Numbered from the stretch's first letter, positions 31,230-42,037 are shown. The stretch: 64,000 nucleotides of DNA from Cyanophora paradoxa CCMP329 (GCA_004431415.1 QPMI01000513.1:1-64000), one strand, 5' to 3'. Notes: generated by a model from the letters alone, not told the origin. Made by a program: numbers and translations.

Positions 31230-31622
31230 ATGGATTCCCGATACCGCGGCTACCACGTTATGCTCGACTATATAACCGACCCGTTTACTGAGTCCCCGGA
31301 GGCATGCGCCGAGTGGATCACAGCGAACCTATCGCAATATATCACAGATCGCAATATGCGCATCGTGCACCAGCACACATGCATTTTCGATGGCTCTATT
31401 TCCCCTCCCGGTTTCGCGATTGGCTTTCTATTAGATGAGTCGCATGCCACAGCTCACTCTTATAGCGACCAGGGGCTATTAGCGATCGATATCTTTACAT
31501 GCGGCTCAAATGCCGAAGCGAAGACAATGGGTATAGCACAGGACATTAACGATCTCATACAGGAAAGGCTGAAAGTGCGAAAGTGGGACTTACAGGTCGA
31601 GCAAAGGTTCCCAATTTCATAA
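31230..31622 (+). CDS. speD: S-adenosylmethionine decarboxylase proenzyme (prokaryotic class 1B type)
   Basis: LLDESHATAHSY self-cleavage ES site and AIDIFTCG. Confidence 0.9.
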   Translation: MDSRYRGYHVMLDYITDPFTESPEACAEWITANLSQYITDRNMRIVHQHTCIFDGSISPPGFAIGFLLDESHATAHSYSDQGLLAIDIFTCGSNAEAKTMGIAQDINDLIQERLKVRKWDLQVEQRFPIS

Positions 31623-31647
31623 AAAATGAAAAAAACGACAGATATAT

Positions 31648-31962
31648 TTAATGCTCCTTGATCGGAAACTTGCCCATTAGCGGGTGATCGAGACCCATGA
31701 CATACCAGGATTTCATAACGGGATCCCAGCGGGCTTTCTCAGCCTTCGCTTGATCCTTAAATTCATAAGGAATATCGAGGTAAACCTTCAAGTTTCTTTG
31801 ATACACTTGCTCATAGCTTAGAGTCTTGAACTGAGAGCATAGAGAGTGATCTTTCTTCGTGACATACCAGCATGAATTCTCACGATCCCACTTTCCACCG
31901 AGGGATTTCGCAACGTCTTTTTTATCAAACGGAATATCCACGAAATGCTTTTCACCCTCCAT
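31648..31962 (-). CDS. Tandem DUF5710-like domain protein
   Basis: Two copies of DIP(F/Y)..KD.AK....WD.....WYV. Confidence 0.75.
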   Translation of the reverse strand: MEGEKHFVDIPFDKKDVAKSLGGKWDRENSCWYVTKKDHSLCSQFKTLSYEQVYQRNLKVYLDIPYEFKDQAKAEKARWDPVMKSWYVMGLDHPLMGKFPIKEH

Positions 31963-32001
31963 CTCTTTTATATTTACCGGAGAAAATAATTTCGGGGTTT
32001 G

Positions 32002-33381
32002 TTATGAACGAGAAGACCGAAGAATGCGCGTAGTAGGGGCTGTGTAGCTTGCGCTCTGATTCTTGAATGATTTATACCACCGCTGACTGTTTACCTCTGA
32101 GAGCTTCTCAGTGCCGGCAATCGTTAATTTCGCGAGCTCTCTAAGCGCCCTCTTAGTCTTCTCCGCGCGATCTTCCAATAATGCGCCTTTCGGAACACTT
32201 GCGGCGACATCTATGCCTTCTTTTTGAACCTGCCGGATAGAAGCGGCTTCCATTTCGGCTGCTTTGATTGCGTTGCCTGATGGTTCCACCACAGCTTCGA
32301 CCTCTGTAATGATCTGCAATTCGTGCGGCTTAAAAAGCTTCGGCATTACGTTCCCCGCTGCATCTTGCACCTCTATCGCGTTTCCTCTCCTTCCCGCAAT
32401 TTTGTAGACCTCTCTGCTATACCTTTGTGTTGCTCCTTTATCAAACTTTGATCTCGGCAATAATACACGGACGTGGAGACCCGGCTTAAAGTCGCTGAAT
32501 ATATCCTTTACGATTGTGTTCTTCTTTGAAATAATAGCCGCTCGGATCCGCTCCATATCAGAAAGCTTAACATCTGCGGGTTTCATTCCTATGGTTCTGT
32601 GAATGGTGTTATTATAATTGAAAACGAAGTCGTCCAATTTGTCCATGAATCGAACTGTATTATAAGCGACACAGTAATTGTTTATCATCGTTTTTAAGGT
32701 CAAATGAAAGCGATTCATTATTCCAGAGAAGTGTGATCTCCGACCTGTTTAAAGCGGTGTTCTATTCCATTATTTTTAACGACCTCCTGAAACTCCTTCG
32801 CGATGAATTCCGAACCGTTATCTGTCTCCAATCGAATCATCGGAGCCGGGAGCTCTGTGAGCATCTCCGCAAAAGCGGCGGCAACACTTGCGCCCTCCTT
32901 ATTCTTTAACTTCTTGGCATATGCTTTTCGGCTTGTCATCTCGATGAGAGTAAGGACTGCAATGTAGCCGGAATTATAATTGCCATATGAGAGATAAAAG
33001 ATGAGATCCGCTTGATAGCACCACGGCGGGGCTGTGATGGGAATAAAAGCTGTTTGGGTCGGTGCTGGGGCTTCTTGTTGATCTGCATAAATTCTTGTTT
33101 CGCTGCGACATCTTGCACTTCTTTCAATGTGAGGCTCTTGTCCTCTTTTCTCAGCTCTTCGTACAATGCCGATGGGTTCTTAAAACCTGTCTTTGGGTCA
33201 TACATGCGGCGCACGATCTTAGAGGACGGGTTAGCAATGCTAAAAGGAACATCTCCTAATAAATTTGATTTTGCTTGGCGTTTTGTGATTTTTTGGGGAC
33301 TTGCTCAGTTTCAGGAACCGCGATAGGTAGTATGGTGGTCTCTGTCTCCTCGCCCGCTACCCTTCTAACGATCCGTGACAT
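32002..33381 (-). CDS. Retroviral-like (rve) integrase, three single-base frameshifts
   Basis: YDPKTGF N-domain; YQADL (D1), ETDNGSEF (D2), HTSL(G)IMNRFHLTLK, YNNTIHRTIGMKP and FDKG...YSREVY. Shifts at about 33290, 33040 and 32722 fall in short base runs. Confidence 0.88.
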
Positions 33382-33399
33382 TCTTCTAATTAAACCTGT

Positions 33400-36300
33400 T
33401 TATTTTTTGCTGCAATTGCACCCGTGATGCACGAGCTGGCAATTGTCTTTAAGATGTGGGCGCCTGTTGTTTATGCGATCCACGACGAGCTTGTAATTCG
33501 GATCTTGTGGCTCAGTCGGAATAGGAAGGGAACAGAGCGCACAGGCGCCCTTCTGTTGCTTCTTGCGCTCTAATATCCACTCCGGCGTAATATAATCCGC
33601 CTCATCGAAATCGCGCCCGGCACGCTGATCCTGGCATTTGTAACCGCGGATCTTCCCTTTCAGATACTCGATGTAGTCACTCTTTCCTTGGAACTTGTGA
33701 ATCGGTGTATAAATCAGCACAGTAGACAGATCGCGGTTACGAGTGAGCGCGGTATAGAACCATTCGCGAGTGGTATAGCGGAACGTAGCCTCACAAATGA
33801 CAATGCCCGAATCAAGTGTGAGACCTTGCGTTGAATGACCTGTTCCTGCATAAGGGAGAGAAAAATGTTCTAACATCGCGCACGGAACCTCAAACGTGAC
33901 ACCATCGAAAACGTCCGTTAATGTGACCATTTGCTTTGTGATTTTGGTGATTCGATAGGTGTAATTCGTGTATGCGTTTATAGACTCGCCCTCAGACCGC
34001 GAAATGCGTAGATACTTGCGGCAAACGACTTCCAAACCCTTGTAGAATTTGATGCCATTGACCTCTACGGTTGGGATATTTACTTTGCGTCTATCGTGCA
34101 TCAGTTTGTTGTAGGCTAAGGTCATTTCGTTTCTGTAAGCGATGCCAAAGTAGCCGTCGGGAATAGCGCTTAGATCATTAATTGTCGGCAACCCGTATTT
34201 CGAGATAATCTGTGCGGCTTCCAGTCCGTTCTCGAAGAGATCCTCTTTAATCGCCCGAATTAATTCACGGTCTGTCTCCTTCTTGTGCCGCTTGTTATTG
34301 CGTAGACTCAGAACGTTAGGGAACATACTCTGCACCGCGCGCTTATAGTAGCCCTTGCGATCAGAAACCGAGAGCTCGTCATTAATTGGTTCATTTTGAT
34401 AGGTGTCGCCATTAGCCAAATATTTGATATCCGGATAGCGATCGATAAACGACTTGATCTTAGCGAGATCTTTTACGGAATACGCGAATATCTCGTCGAA
34501 CATAATGTGACTGAACTCGGAGACGAACGCCCTCTGGTCTTTTTCGCTCATAGCCTCTTCGTAGGTCTGATCATTTGAGACACGGATCCCGAGAACATTA
34601 TATAAAGTACGAACGGTAATATTCTCGATTCCGCGGACTTTGAGAGAGTCCCTCAGCTCCGCGCACTGTTTGTTATAGGGGCAAATAACTAAGCAATTCG
34701 ACTTTTGAGATGCGAAACAGTTAATACCGAGTGTCGACTTTCCACTTCCGGGCATGTCAGCAAGGACAAGCATACGATTATGGAGCTTCGCAACCCAATT
34801 AAAGCACTCCGGATTAAATTCGTCCCTCAGCGAGAACCGGTTAATGAGTGTCTCGGGATCCTGAAATTCGAGAGTTACACCCCGCGGTGGGCGGAGTGCA
34901 TTCTCAGGGCATCTTTTCCCGGGAATATAGCTGAATTTGCCCATGTTCTCAAACGCATTTCGGTCGAACTCTTTCTTACTTGTCCATGAACCTTCGATAT
35001 ATAGGCAATCCGTTCTGATTCCGGCAACCTTGTGCCCGCGCGCTGTCAGGCGCTTGTATTGCGCAAACATATTAGCACGGTTGCGATCGTAAATATGAAA
35101 GTGGATAGGAAGGAATCCGTTAACGAGCTCGCGGTGGGAGCTGATCTTAACGAAATAGATGTGACCTTCGAATTCGCTAAGAGTTTTGACACGTTTCGAA
35201 TTCTTAGGATTGAAAGTAAACACCTCTACTGTTCCTCCGCATTCTTGGGCGAACCTCTCAGCCTCGGCACGGTTGTAGAACATTTTCGTGGATGTTTGCG
35301 AGTCTTGGAATTTGCCGAGCATTCCGATCTCTTTCACTAAAATGTGCTTCTTATCTGTGGTTTGAATGTCACTTGAAAGTACTTTCTTCATCTCCGAGAT
35401 CGACGTATTGGGCACCAAATGCGAAGGCTCCGCGACCGCGATAATCTCTATCTTGTCCTTTACGTCCGCCCAGTGCATGGAGAGAGTGTAGCCTGTCATG
35501 AAATTATAACAGCGACCACTCACGGAAAATGCGCGATCCAGAATAATTTCGATTCCATCAATCTTGCGAGACATGGCGGCATCATAATCTACATCCTCAT
35601 CGTCGGCGAAAGTCGCTTGCTCTCTCTCAAACGCAACGACACGCACGTAGTAGATCGCGTATTCGAGAATATCGCTTCCCGCTTTAAAGGGAACGAAGTC
35701 ATCAAACACATTGTATTTCGGAAGATATTGCATGCCTTTCAGTATCGAAGGGTAGCACTTCGCCATATCGACAGCTGTGTAGGTGGCTTTCGGGTTCGGC
35801 TTATAGAAAAAGCCACTTAGTGCGGATCGCTTGTAGTGCGTGAGAATTTCGCGCATGTTCGGGCTGTAATGTGAGATATTCGTCGCATTTAGAAGCGACT
35901 CCCGGAATCCCTTCCCGATTTCACAGACCTTATTATAATACTCCTCTGTTTCGAAATCTTGCTCAATAAAGTGGTCTGTTGTGCGTGGATCTTTGATAGA
36001 GAACATCGAGCCATTGGCTTTGAATGTGATGCTGTCGATCTGTTTCGATGGTGTTAGCTTCACAGCGGGCTCATATCGCATTTTCAGGAACGTAAATAGA
36101 AGACCTTCCAGACCTTCGCGCCCAGTATAAAGAATGCGGATGAAACTGCGCTCGTCGGGCGATAGTTTAAGTTGCGTGATCTTTAACAAATCCTTGGATG
36201 TGTGCGCGAAGATATCGTGAGTAAGACACGTCGGAATTTTATAGAGTGCTAACGAAGAGGTCGACTTAGGAACATGATTATCGAGCTCTTCGACCTCCAT

Positions 36301-37716
36301 CTTCGCCATGCGCATTTCGAGCGACTTGATGTTATCGTTGAATATATAGATGTGCTTGTTGTGAATCATAAAGTGAATATTGCGGGGAAAGATGTTTTTG
36401 TTAATTGATTCCGCCGCGAATTTGTGTATTAACTTTCCGTCGACATCAAAGACGCGGAAGCCTGTCTGAATTCTCTTACAGAATTTCTCGATATGGCGGA
36501 GGGTGAGAGCCAGAGAGTCGCCAGGTGTGCGTTCGCGACCGTGAAAGAATTTATAGAGACCGTCGTAGGACATAGTTAAGTCAGTATATCGCGGTTTTGG
36601 CGCGTCCTGACACTTCTTAATGGACGCTCCCCATGTGGAGATGATCATATCGTATCCGCAAGCGTTAGATGTAGATGATTTGGGAAGCTCAATAACATCT
36701 TCGAACTCAGACGCGTTTGGATTTAATGTGTAGTCTGTGAATTTGCTCATAATCGCGGTGCATCGCATGCTGTCCGTAAGCTCCTCATCCAGAAACGCAT
36801 AGCGATTGCCAGGGATAGCACCGGCTCCGTCATCTTCGACACCTTCGTCCCCATCGATCACGACCTCATGAACAGTTATAAAGGCATCATCGATACTGCC
36901 GCCAAGATCACCAAATATTAGGCTTAGTCTTTTCTGTTCCTCGGTTGGTGGTGTCTTATAGAAGAACATCTCGTATGCTTGTCCGAATGTTTCGAGATAT
37001 ATAGCCAATTCATCGTAGTTTTTGAGTAAATAGAAGATTGATTCGCTCTCATGCCAATCATGACGAACTTGACCCGGTCTAATTATAATTTGAGACATTC
37101 TATCCATTTTCGCCAGAGCAAAGCTTCGCAACACACTCACCGAAACTGTCTCTCTTATCTTGCGGTAGGTGACAAAGGTTCTGTCTGGCATATTTAATTC
37201 GGGAATTCCGGGAATAACAAATACCTCCGACGACCGAGCACCGGATCCAGGTCCCCATAGATTGAACGTAATTGTTGCGAGAGTTTCCGGATCGTATGCG
37301 GCGATTGGATCGAGAATAGTGCGTTTAATCGCATCCTCTACCGCTTTTAGTTTACCTCTCTGCTGCTTCGCTTCGAGTTTCGCTTCTTTCGCCCGTTTCT
37401 GTTCTTGCTTGCGATCGAAACGCTGTAAACGCTTAGCCTCTTGTTCTTTTTGCTTTTGCTTTTCTATATTAACTTGGGTGCGAGCGGCGCGCTTCTCTTT
37501 CCGCTCTGCCCTGCGGAAAACGCGGGGATTAATGATTCCATTCAGAGTGTCCCGAATGTCGATCAGCGTTTGGAGCTTGGGCTTCCGATTCATTGTGTTG
37601 TGCATCGCCCAATGCGCCTGTTCTTCGGTTAGCAAATCCTGACTCAATCCCTGCATAATGTATCCGATAATTTCGTCCCGAACATTGTTAGCGATTCTGT
37701 TGGTTGCGCGCGGCAT
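33400..37716 (-). CDS. Protein-primed family B DNA polymerase fused to SF1 (Pif1/RecD-like) helicase and C-terminal HNH
   Basis: PolB: AVDMAKCYPS, KHILVKEIGMLGK, IRTDCLY. Helicase: MPGSGKST, FDEIF, GDTYQ, HSTQGLT, YTALTR. HNH: CALC...DRINNRRPHLKDNCQLVHHGCN. Confidence 0.88.
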   Translation of the reverse strand: MPRATNRIANNVRDEIIGYIMQGLSQDLLTEEQAHWAMHNTMNRKPKLQTLIDIRDTLNGIINPRVFRRAERKEKRAARTQVNIEKQKQKEQEAKRLQRFDRKQEQKRAKEAKLEAKQQRGKLKAVEDAIKRTILDPIAAYDPETLATITFNLWGPGSGARSSEVFVIPGIPELNMPDRTFVTYRKIRETVSVSVLRSFALAKMDRMSQIIIRPGQVRHDWHESESIFYLLKNYDELAIYLETFGQAYEMFFYKTPPTEEQKRLSLIFGDLGGSIDDAFITVHEVVIDGDEGVEDDGAGAIPGNRYAFLDEELTDSMRCTAIMSKFTDYTLNPNASEFEDVIELPKSSTSNACGYDMIISTWGASIKKCQDAPKPRYTDLTMSYDGLYKFFHGRERTPGDSLALTLRHIEKFCKRIQTGFRVFDVDGKLIHKFAAESINKNIFPRNIHFMIHNKHIYIFNDNIKSLEMRMAKMEVEELDNHVPKSTSSLALYKIPTCLTHDIFAHTSKDLLKITQLKLSPDERSFIRILYTGREGLEGLLFTFLKMRYEPAVKLTPSKQIDSITFKANGSMFSIKDPRTTDHFIEQDFETEEYYNKVCEIGKGFRESLLNATNISHYSPNMREILTHYKRSALSGFFYKPNPKATYTAVDMAKCYPSILKGMQYLPKYNVFDDFVPFKAGSDILEYAIYYVRVVAFEREQATFADDEDVDYDAAMSRKIDGIEIILDRAFSVSGRCYNFMTGYTLSMHWADVKDKIEIIAVAEPSHLVPNTSISEMKKVLSSDIQTTDKKHILVKEIGMLGKFQDSQTSTKMFYNRAEAERFAQECGGTVEVFTFNPKNSKRVKTLSEFEGHIYFVKISSHRELVNGFLPIHFHIYDRNRANMFAQYKRLTARGHKVAGIRTDCLYIEGSWTSKKEFDRNAFENMGKFSYIPGKRCPENALRPPRGVTLEFQDPETLINRFSLRDEFNPECFNWVAKLHNRMLVLADMPGSGKSTLGINCFASQKSNCLVICPYNKQCAELRDSLKVRGIENITVRTLYNVLGIRVSNDQTYEEAMSEKDQRAFVSEFSHIMFDEIFAYSVKDLAKIKSFIDRYPDIKYLANGDTYQNEPINDELSVSDRKGYYKRAVQSMFPNVLSLRNNKRHKKETDRELIRAIKEDLFENGLEAAQIISKYGLPTINDLSAIPDGYFGIAYRNEMTLAYNKLMHDRRKVNIPTVEVNGIKFYKGLEVVCRKYLRISRSEGESINAYTNYTYRITKITKQMVTLTDVFDGVTFEVPCAMLEHFSLPYAGTGHSTQGLTLDSGIVICEATFRYTTREWFYTALTRNRDLSTVLIYTPIHKFQGKSDYIEYLKGKIRGYKCQDQRAGRDFDEADYITPEWILERKKQQKGACALCSLPIPTEPQDPNYKLVVDRINNRRPHLKDNCQLVHHGCNCSKK

Positions 37717-37885
37717 CTCTATTAGTTCTTTTAAAATAACCGGAGAAAATAATTTCGGCGCAATCTACCAAATTCTCCTTTTCATACCCTTGTCGCCAAT
37801 TCTTTAAGTGCTTTTTTGACGGATGCGGGGAATAAAAAGAGAGTTAAAAAATTAATCATTTTTTGCATCGTGCGGATACTTTCCG

Positions 37886-38299
37886 CTACGAAGTTTTTGC
37901 GTTCTCGACGACATGCTTTCGGGGTCTTCCAGCGGGCTTTTGCGGCTGGGGCTTCACCGGCGGATTCAGCTTTCGTTCCGCTCTTTTCCTTCGTTGGTAT
38001 TCACGTGCCTTCTCTCGGATTTTCTCCCGATACTCTTCATCGTCTTGGTATCGCTGCTGTTTACGAATTGCAATCTTTTGTAGCTGTTCCGGGGTGAATA
38101 TCGTAGCCTCTCCGGCGGCTAATCGCTCCTGTTTCTGTCTCTGATGCTTGTTTCGCTGCCGCTCGGCGTCTTTTTCGCGTTTTAATCTTAATCTCTCCGC
38201 CTTCTCCTCTTCTGAAATCACCTTTTTCGGTCGCCCGGGTCTGCGCTTTTCCTGCTGTGCCGCCATCGCCTCTTGGTTTGAAATCTTGGGTTTCGCCAT
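37886..38299 (-). CDS. Basic DNA-binding protein with two AT-hook-like motifs
   Basis: RRPGRPKK and AGRPRK flank an R/K/E/Q coiled coil; TATTTTCTCCGG upstream. Confidence 0.7.
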   Translation of the reverse strand: MAKPKISNQEAMAAQQEKRRPGRPKKVISEEEKAERLRLKREKDAERQRNKHQRQKQERLAAGEATIFTPEQLQKIAIRKQQRYQDDEEYREKIREKAREYQRRKRAERKLNPPVKPQPQKPAGRPRKHVVENAKTS

Positions 38300-38423
38300 T
38301 TACTATAACCGGAGAAAATAGTTTTTTGTCACTCTGTATTATTTCCCTTGCCCTTAAATACCTTTTACCGAAACCTTCAATTTTTGCCCTTGGCTCGATA
38401 CAAGCGCCACCGAAATTCACCGC

Positions 38424-38864
38424 TCAATAACCGTTCCAGACGGTTCTTTCTTGTTGCTGAGGATATACATAAGGTTGCTGAGGATAAACATAAGGGTTCG
38501 TTACATTTTCATCGTCGCCTAATGCCATTTGATCCAATCTATACATCGGATAAGGGGAGTCAGCGCGCAAATGACCTTCTACAAACTCAGGACATGAGCG
38601 CCTTCTAATATGCTCTACATGCACGTCCTCTATCTGAGCGGTTTCGATATTGGAACTCATAGCCGCGGTCACAGGCGAGGGCGATCGAGATCGTGGGTGG
38701 TTGTGATTGTCGCTGTGGTTAGAATATACAGAAAGGCGCCTACCTCCATTATCCTCGCCATCTGATATTTCGATTTCTACGGTTGTGTCACAGCATGGAC
38801 TGTGGCAATTAGACACGACATGAAGCTGAAACATCTCAATGCATTGTGTGATGAAATTCATCAA
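38424..38864 (-). CDS. Hypothetical protein
   Basis: 146-aa ORF with a PYVYPQQ duplication; TATTTTCT upstream. Confidence 0.5.
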   Translation of the reverse strand: MMNFITQCIEMFQLHVVSNCHSPCCDTTVEIEISDGEDNGGRRLSVYSNHSDNHNHPRSRSPSPVTAAMSSNIETAQIEDVHVEHIRRRSCPEFVEGHLRADSPYPMYRLDQMALGDDENVTNPYVYPQQPYVYPQQQERTVWNGY

Positions 38865-39065
38865 TCCTACAATTGGACAACGTATTAAATATGTGAGAAA
38901 ATAAAAGGGAATGAGGCTATTGCTTGCTCGTGTGTTTCCTTATGAGTTGGTCGATCTTATAATGCTGTTTACAGAACCCACATGCCCGTTTTGCAAGGGA
39001 GTCCACATAAAGACCCGCTCTAAATACGGGCGGGTTCAGCTTTGCCTTGCGGATATTCACAGTCA

Positions 39066-39749
39066 TTAGCGGATATGGCGTTTACCACCGAGCATTGCGG
39101 CATAATTCACGGGTGCGGTCGGCACAATATGTGCATATTGCGGGGCAACCGATTGCTGTCGAGTTACGGCTTGCGCATCTGTCTTTTCCTCCTTTTTAAT
39201 CTCCTCTACGTCAACTTTTTGCTTTAATCCGAGTTTGGAGATCTCTTTCTTCACGAGCCCCTTTAATTTCTTGCGTTCGTTATAATCTTGCATCCATTTC
39301 TCGTAGTTAGAGACTTTCGTTTCAAGGTCTCGCACTTTCTCTTCGAAGCTCATGACAACGTCGACAGGAACCGTGTGTTTTTGATAGGATCCGCGCTTTT
39401 TAAGCTCGGTTTCGGCGGCTTTCGGGACGTCTTGCGTTTTGTGTTGGCTTGCAACAACTTGCGCTTTTAGTACTTTGTCGGTTGCTTCATCAACAGAGCC
39501 GCCTCCAATCTGTGGTTTTACAGTAGCTAAATCGTCCATTTGGCGTTTACCGCTATCTTGGTTTCCCTTGTCCGCGGTGGCACTCGCAATAATCGCCTCT
39601 TGCTTGGCGACCTCCTCTGGCGAAGTGTCTATAAGATATTCGGGCATTTCGAGACCGCCACCCGACGTTAACCCAGACTCTTCAAGTCCGCGATTAGGAT
39701 TACCAGAAGCGACAGTTTGAATGGTTTGAGGCTTCTTTCGGTAGACCAT
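39066..39749 (-). CDS. Hypothetical coiled-coil protein
   Basis: 227-aa ORF directly downstream of the ATPase. Confidence 0.6.
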   Translation of the reverse strand: MVYRKKPQTIQTVASGNPNRGLEESGLTSGGGLEMPEYLIDTSPEEVAKQEAIIASATADKGNQDSGKRQMDDLATVKPQIGGGSVDEATDKVLKAQVVASQHKTQDVPKAAETELKKRGSYQKHTVPVDVVMSFEEKVRDLETKVSNYEKWMQDYNERKKLKGLVKKEISKLGLKQKVDVEEIKKEEKTDAQAVTRQQSVAPQYAHIVPTAPVNYAAMLGGKRHIR

Positions 39750-39751
39750 GA

Positions 39752-40618
39752 TTATCTTCTCTTACATTTGATTAACATTTTCTTTTTCTTAGGCGAAATT
39801 TGCGAAAGTTTGGGGATACCTTCAAGCTCACGCTCAAATTTGGATAAAGTTTTGCATACAGTTGTCGAATCTTTGACAGGCGGCGGTTTTGATGCTTGCT
39901 CTTCTTGTTGTTTGCGCTTCTTTTCTTCAAAAGCCGCCCGCTTGTGGAATTTAGTAAACGGATGTTCATCGATCATATCGGCTTTTTCGACCCACCATCG
40001 CACAGAATACCCCGTATTATCGTGAATGATCGCTTGGTAGCTATGACAGAATTCTTGGAACATGCGCTTGAAACTCTCTTTATCCATGTTCCCGAACTCT
40101 TCGTGATATGCTTCAAACTCTCGCATGTTTGACCAGCTTAGGAATATGATATACTCCGCATTGCTGCGAATGATCGTTGAAAGCTTTGTTAGTTTCTGCG
40201 ATATTAGAGCCACGGAACAAAACGTATGACGACCTTGCGCCATCAATTTATTTAGCAAATGATCGCGCGAAAGATCGATAGTTCCGGACTCCAAACAATC
40301 GTCGAGCACGATGAGAATATTCTTTGGTTTCTTACCCGCAATGATGGCTTTTTTGCGGGCTTCTATGATCGACTCTACATATTCCGGTTTCCAGGTGTCA
40401 TGCACTTCGTCTGTAATTTGTCCCCAGAAACCGTTGAAACTCGTTGGACAAAAGACCAGAACGTATGAGATCTGGTCTTCGAGTTCTTTGATCAGCCACT
40501 TTAAGAATACCGATTTACCACAATTGGTTTTCGCCAATAGGAGAAATCGTGCGGGAAGTTTCACCCTCTGTTTCGGGTTCCATTCTTCGAGATCTATGGG
40601 CGTCGTCCCTTTTTGCAT
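39752..40618 (-). CDS. A32-like packaging ATPase (PLV)
   Basis: Walker A AKTNCGKS, Walker B LIVLDDC, QGRH, ISQ, IRSNA. Probable start MQKG at 40618 after TATTTTTCT. Confidence 0.92.
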   Translation of the reverse strand: MQKGTTPIDLEEWNPKQRVKLPARFLLLAKTNCGKSVFLKWLIKELEDQISYVLVFCPTSFNGFWGQITDEVHDTWKPEYVESIIEARKKAIIAGKKPKNILIVLDDCLESGTIDLSRDHLLNKLMAQGRHTFCSVALISQKLTKLSTIIRSNAEYIIFLSWSNMREFEAYHEEFGNMDKESFKRMFQEFCHSYQAIIHDNTGYSVRWWVEKADMIDEHPFTKFHKRAAFEEKKRKQQEEQASKPPPVKDSTTVCKTLSKFERELEGIPKLSQISPKKKKMLIKCKRR

Positions 40619-40676
40619 TCTTTCACTATAAAAACAATAGAAAAATAAGACTGACTGTGGTAATCGCACGAATTCC

Positions 40677-41990
40677 TCATGAAGATACTCTGCGAATACC
40701 ATCAGCTCCGATTATCATGATATTGTGAGCGAGGGCAATGCACTGAATTTGCATCTTCTGATAAGCGGCACCCGCATACCACTCCTCATTACCGACTCCA
40801 CCGGCTGTGACACCATTGAATTCGAAGACCAGATCGAACGCCGATGTGCCTGTGGCATCGATGTAGCCCGTGTTCTCTTGGTTGAGAAGCGACGCCTTTC
40901 CGTTTCCAGCACCGAAGTAAATGCCAGTGAGAGCGGGGTAGCTTGTGCTCTCGGTAAAGATCGCCGAATTATATTTATCTTGAAGTTCGGTCGCGGCAAT
41001 CATGAGAGGAAGCGAAGTATTCGAGTAAAGGCGGTTATTGTTGAGTTCCACATAGAAGTTCACAGCGTTGGTTCGGAGTGCACGAGGAGCCAGAACCGAG
41101 AGAGTTCCGTTGTTCACCTTCGTCTTCGCGTTTTGGCGCACAGAGAATACGAGAGTGTGGATGAGACCCGCACCTGTGAGTTGCGAGAGATTGACTCGCG
41201 AACCGGAGGCGGTCGGCTGGAAATCTGTGTGTAGGAAACCGATTTCGTTGTAGGGGATCGCGATGCCAGTCGATTTAACACGGGCAATGGTCTCAGATAC
41301 AACCGCCTCATCGGCATTTACGACCTTGCAGATAATGCGGGGTTTCAGCACTTGAAGGGAAGCACCACTGTTTACGACCGAAATATTGCCAACATTGTTT
41401 ACATCCTCAATGATACCATCACCAATCGCCTTGAATTCGATTTCGACCACGATCTCAGAGTTCAGAGCGCAAAGTGGGAACATCGCCTTCTCGAAAGGAG
41501 AGGGTAAATCGATTTCGTAGGTTCCACCGACAGTGTTACCAGCGGTTCCGACAAGACCACCCACATAGCGAAGTTTCTTATCGAGTTCGCCCTGTTCGGT
41601 CATCAGTAGAAAATACTGAGTGACGAAATCCTCTGGGACAACGTAGCGGAATGAAGCGTGAGAGATTTCGATGCGCTTAATCAGCGATCCAATAACGCGA
41701 AGGTAGCCAGTGGTTGCAGCAACCCCATTCGTAAGATCAGTGAGGGTGATTGGGTTAAGATCGAGTTGCAGCGCGAGACCATTCAGGAAATGGTAGCGGG
41801 GGATTTTGAAGACAACTCGGTTGCCGAGAGCGCTGGGTGGCTCAGTGTCGGGGGCGACCAGAACTCGAAGTGGCTTAGTGCCAGAGGACGTTCCAATGAC
41901 CAGCGACTTGTTTAGGAAATAATCCTTGTAGTCATCGGTGGTGAGCATAGATTTCAGCGTTGGGCGCTGGAATTGGCTGTTAGTCTCCAT
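40677..41990 (-). CDS. Major capsid protein (PLV-type double jelly-roll)
   Basis: 437 aa, beta-rich, VVFKIP...SLIKRIEI...FPL.AL...I.VEIEF pattern; lies between the ATPase and the pentons. Confidence 0.75.
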   Translation of the reverse strand: METNSQFQRPTLKSMLTTDDYKDYFLNKSLVIGTSSGTKPLRVLVAPDTEPPSALGNRVVFKIPRYHFLNGLALQLDLNPITLTDLTNGVAATTGYLRVIGSLIKRIEISHASFRYVVPEDFVTQYFLLMTEQGELDKKLRYVGGLVGTAGNTVGGTYEIDLPSPFEKAMFPLCALNSEIVVEIEFKAIGDGIIEDVNNVGNISVVNSGASLQVLKPRIICKVVNADEAVVSETIARVKSTGIAIPYNEIGFLHTDFQPTASGSRVNLSQLTGAGLIHTLVFSVRQNAKTKVNNGTLSVLAPRALRTNAVNFYVELNNNRLYSNTSLPLMIAATELQDKYNSAIFTESTSYPALTGIYFGAGNGKASLLNQENTGYIDATGTSAFDLVFEFNGVTAGGVGNEEWYAGAAYQKMQIQCIALAHNIMIIGADGIRRVSS

Positions 41991-42037
41991 GAGCGTTTCT
42001 TCTCTTATCTTTGGGATCAGAAAATAATTTAAAGGGC

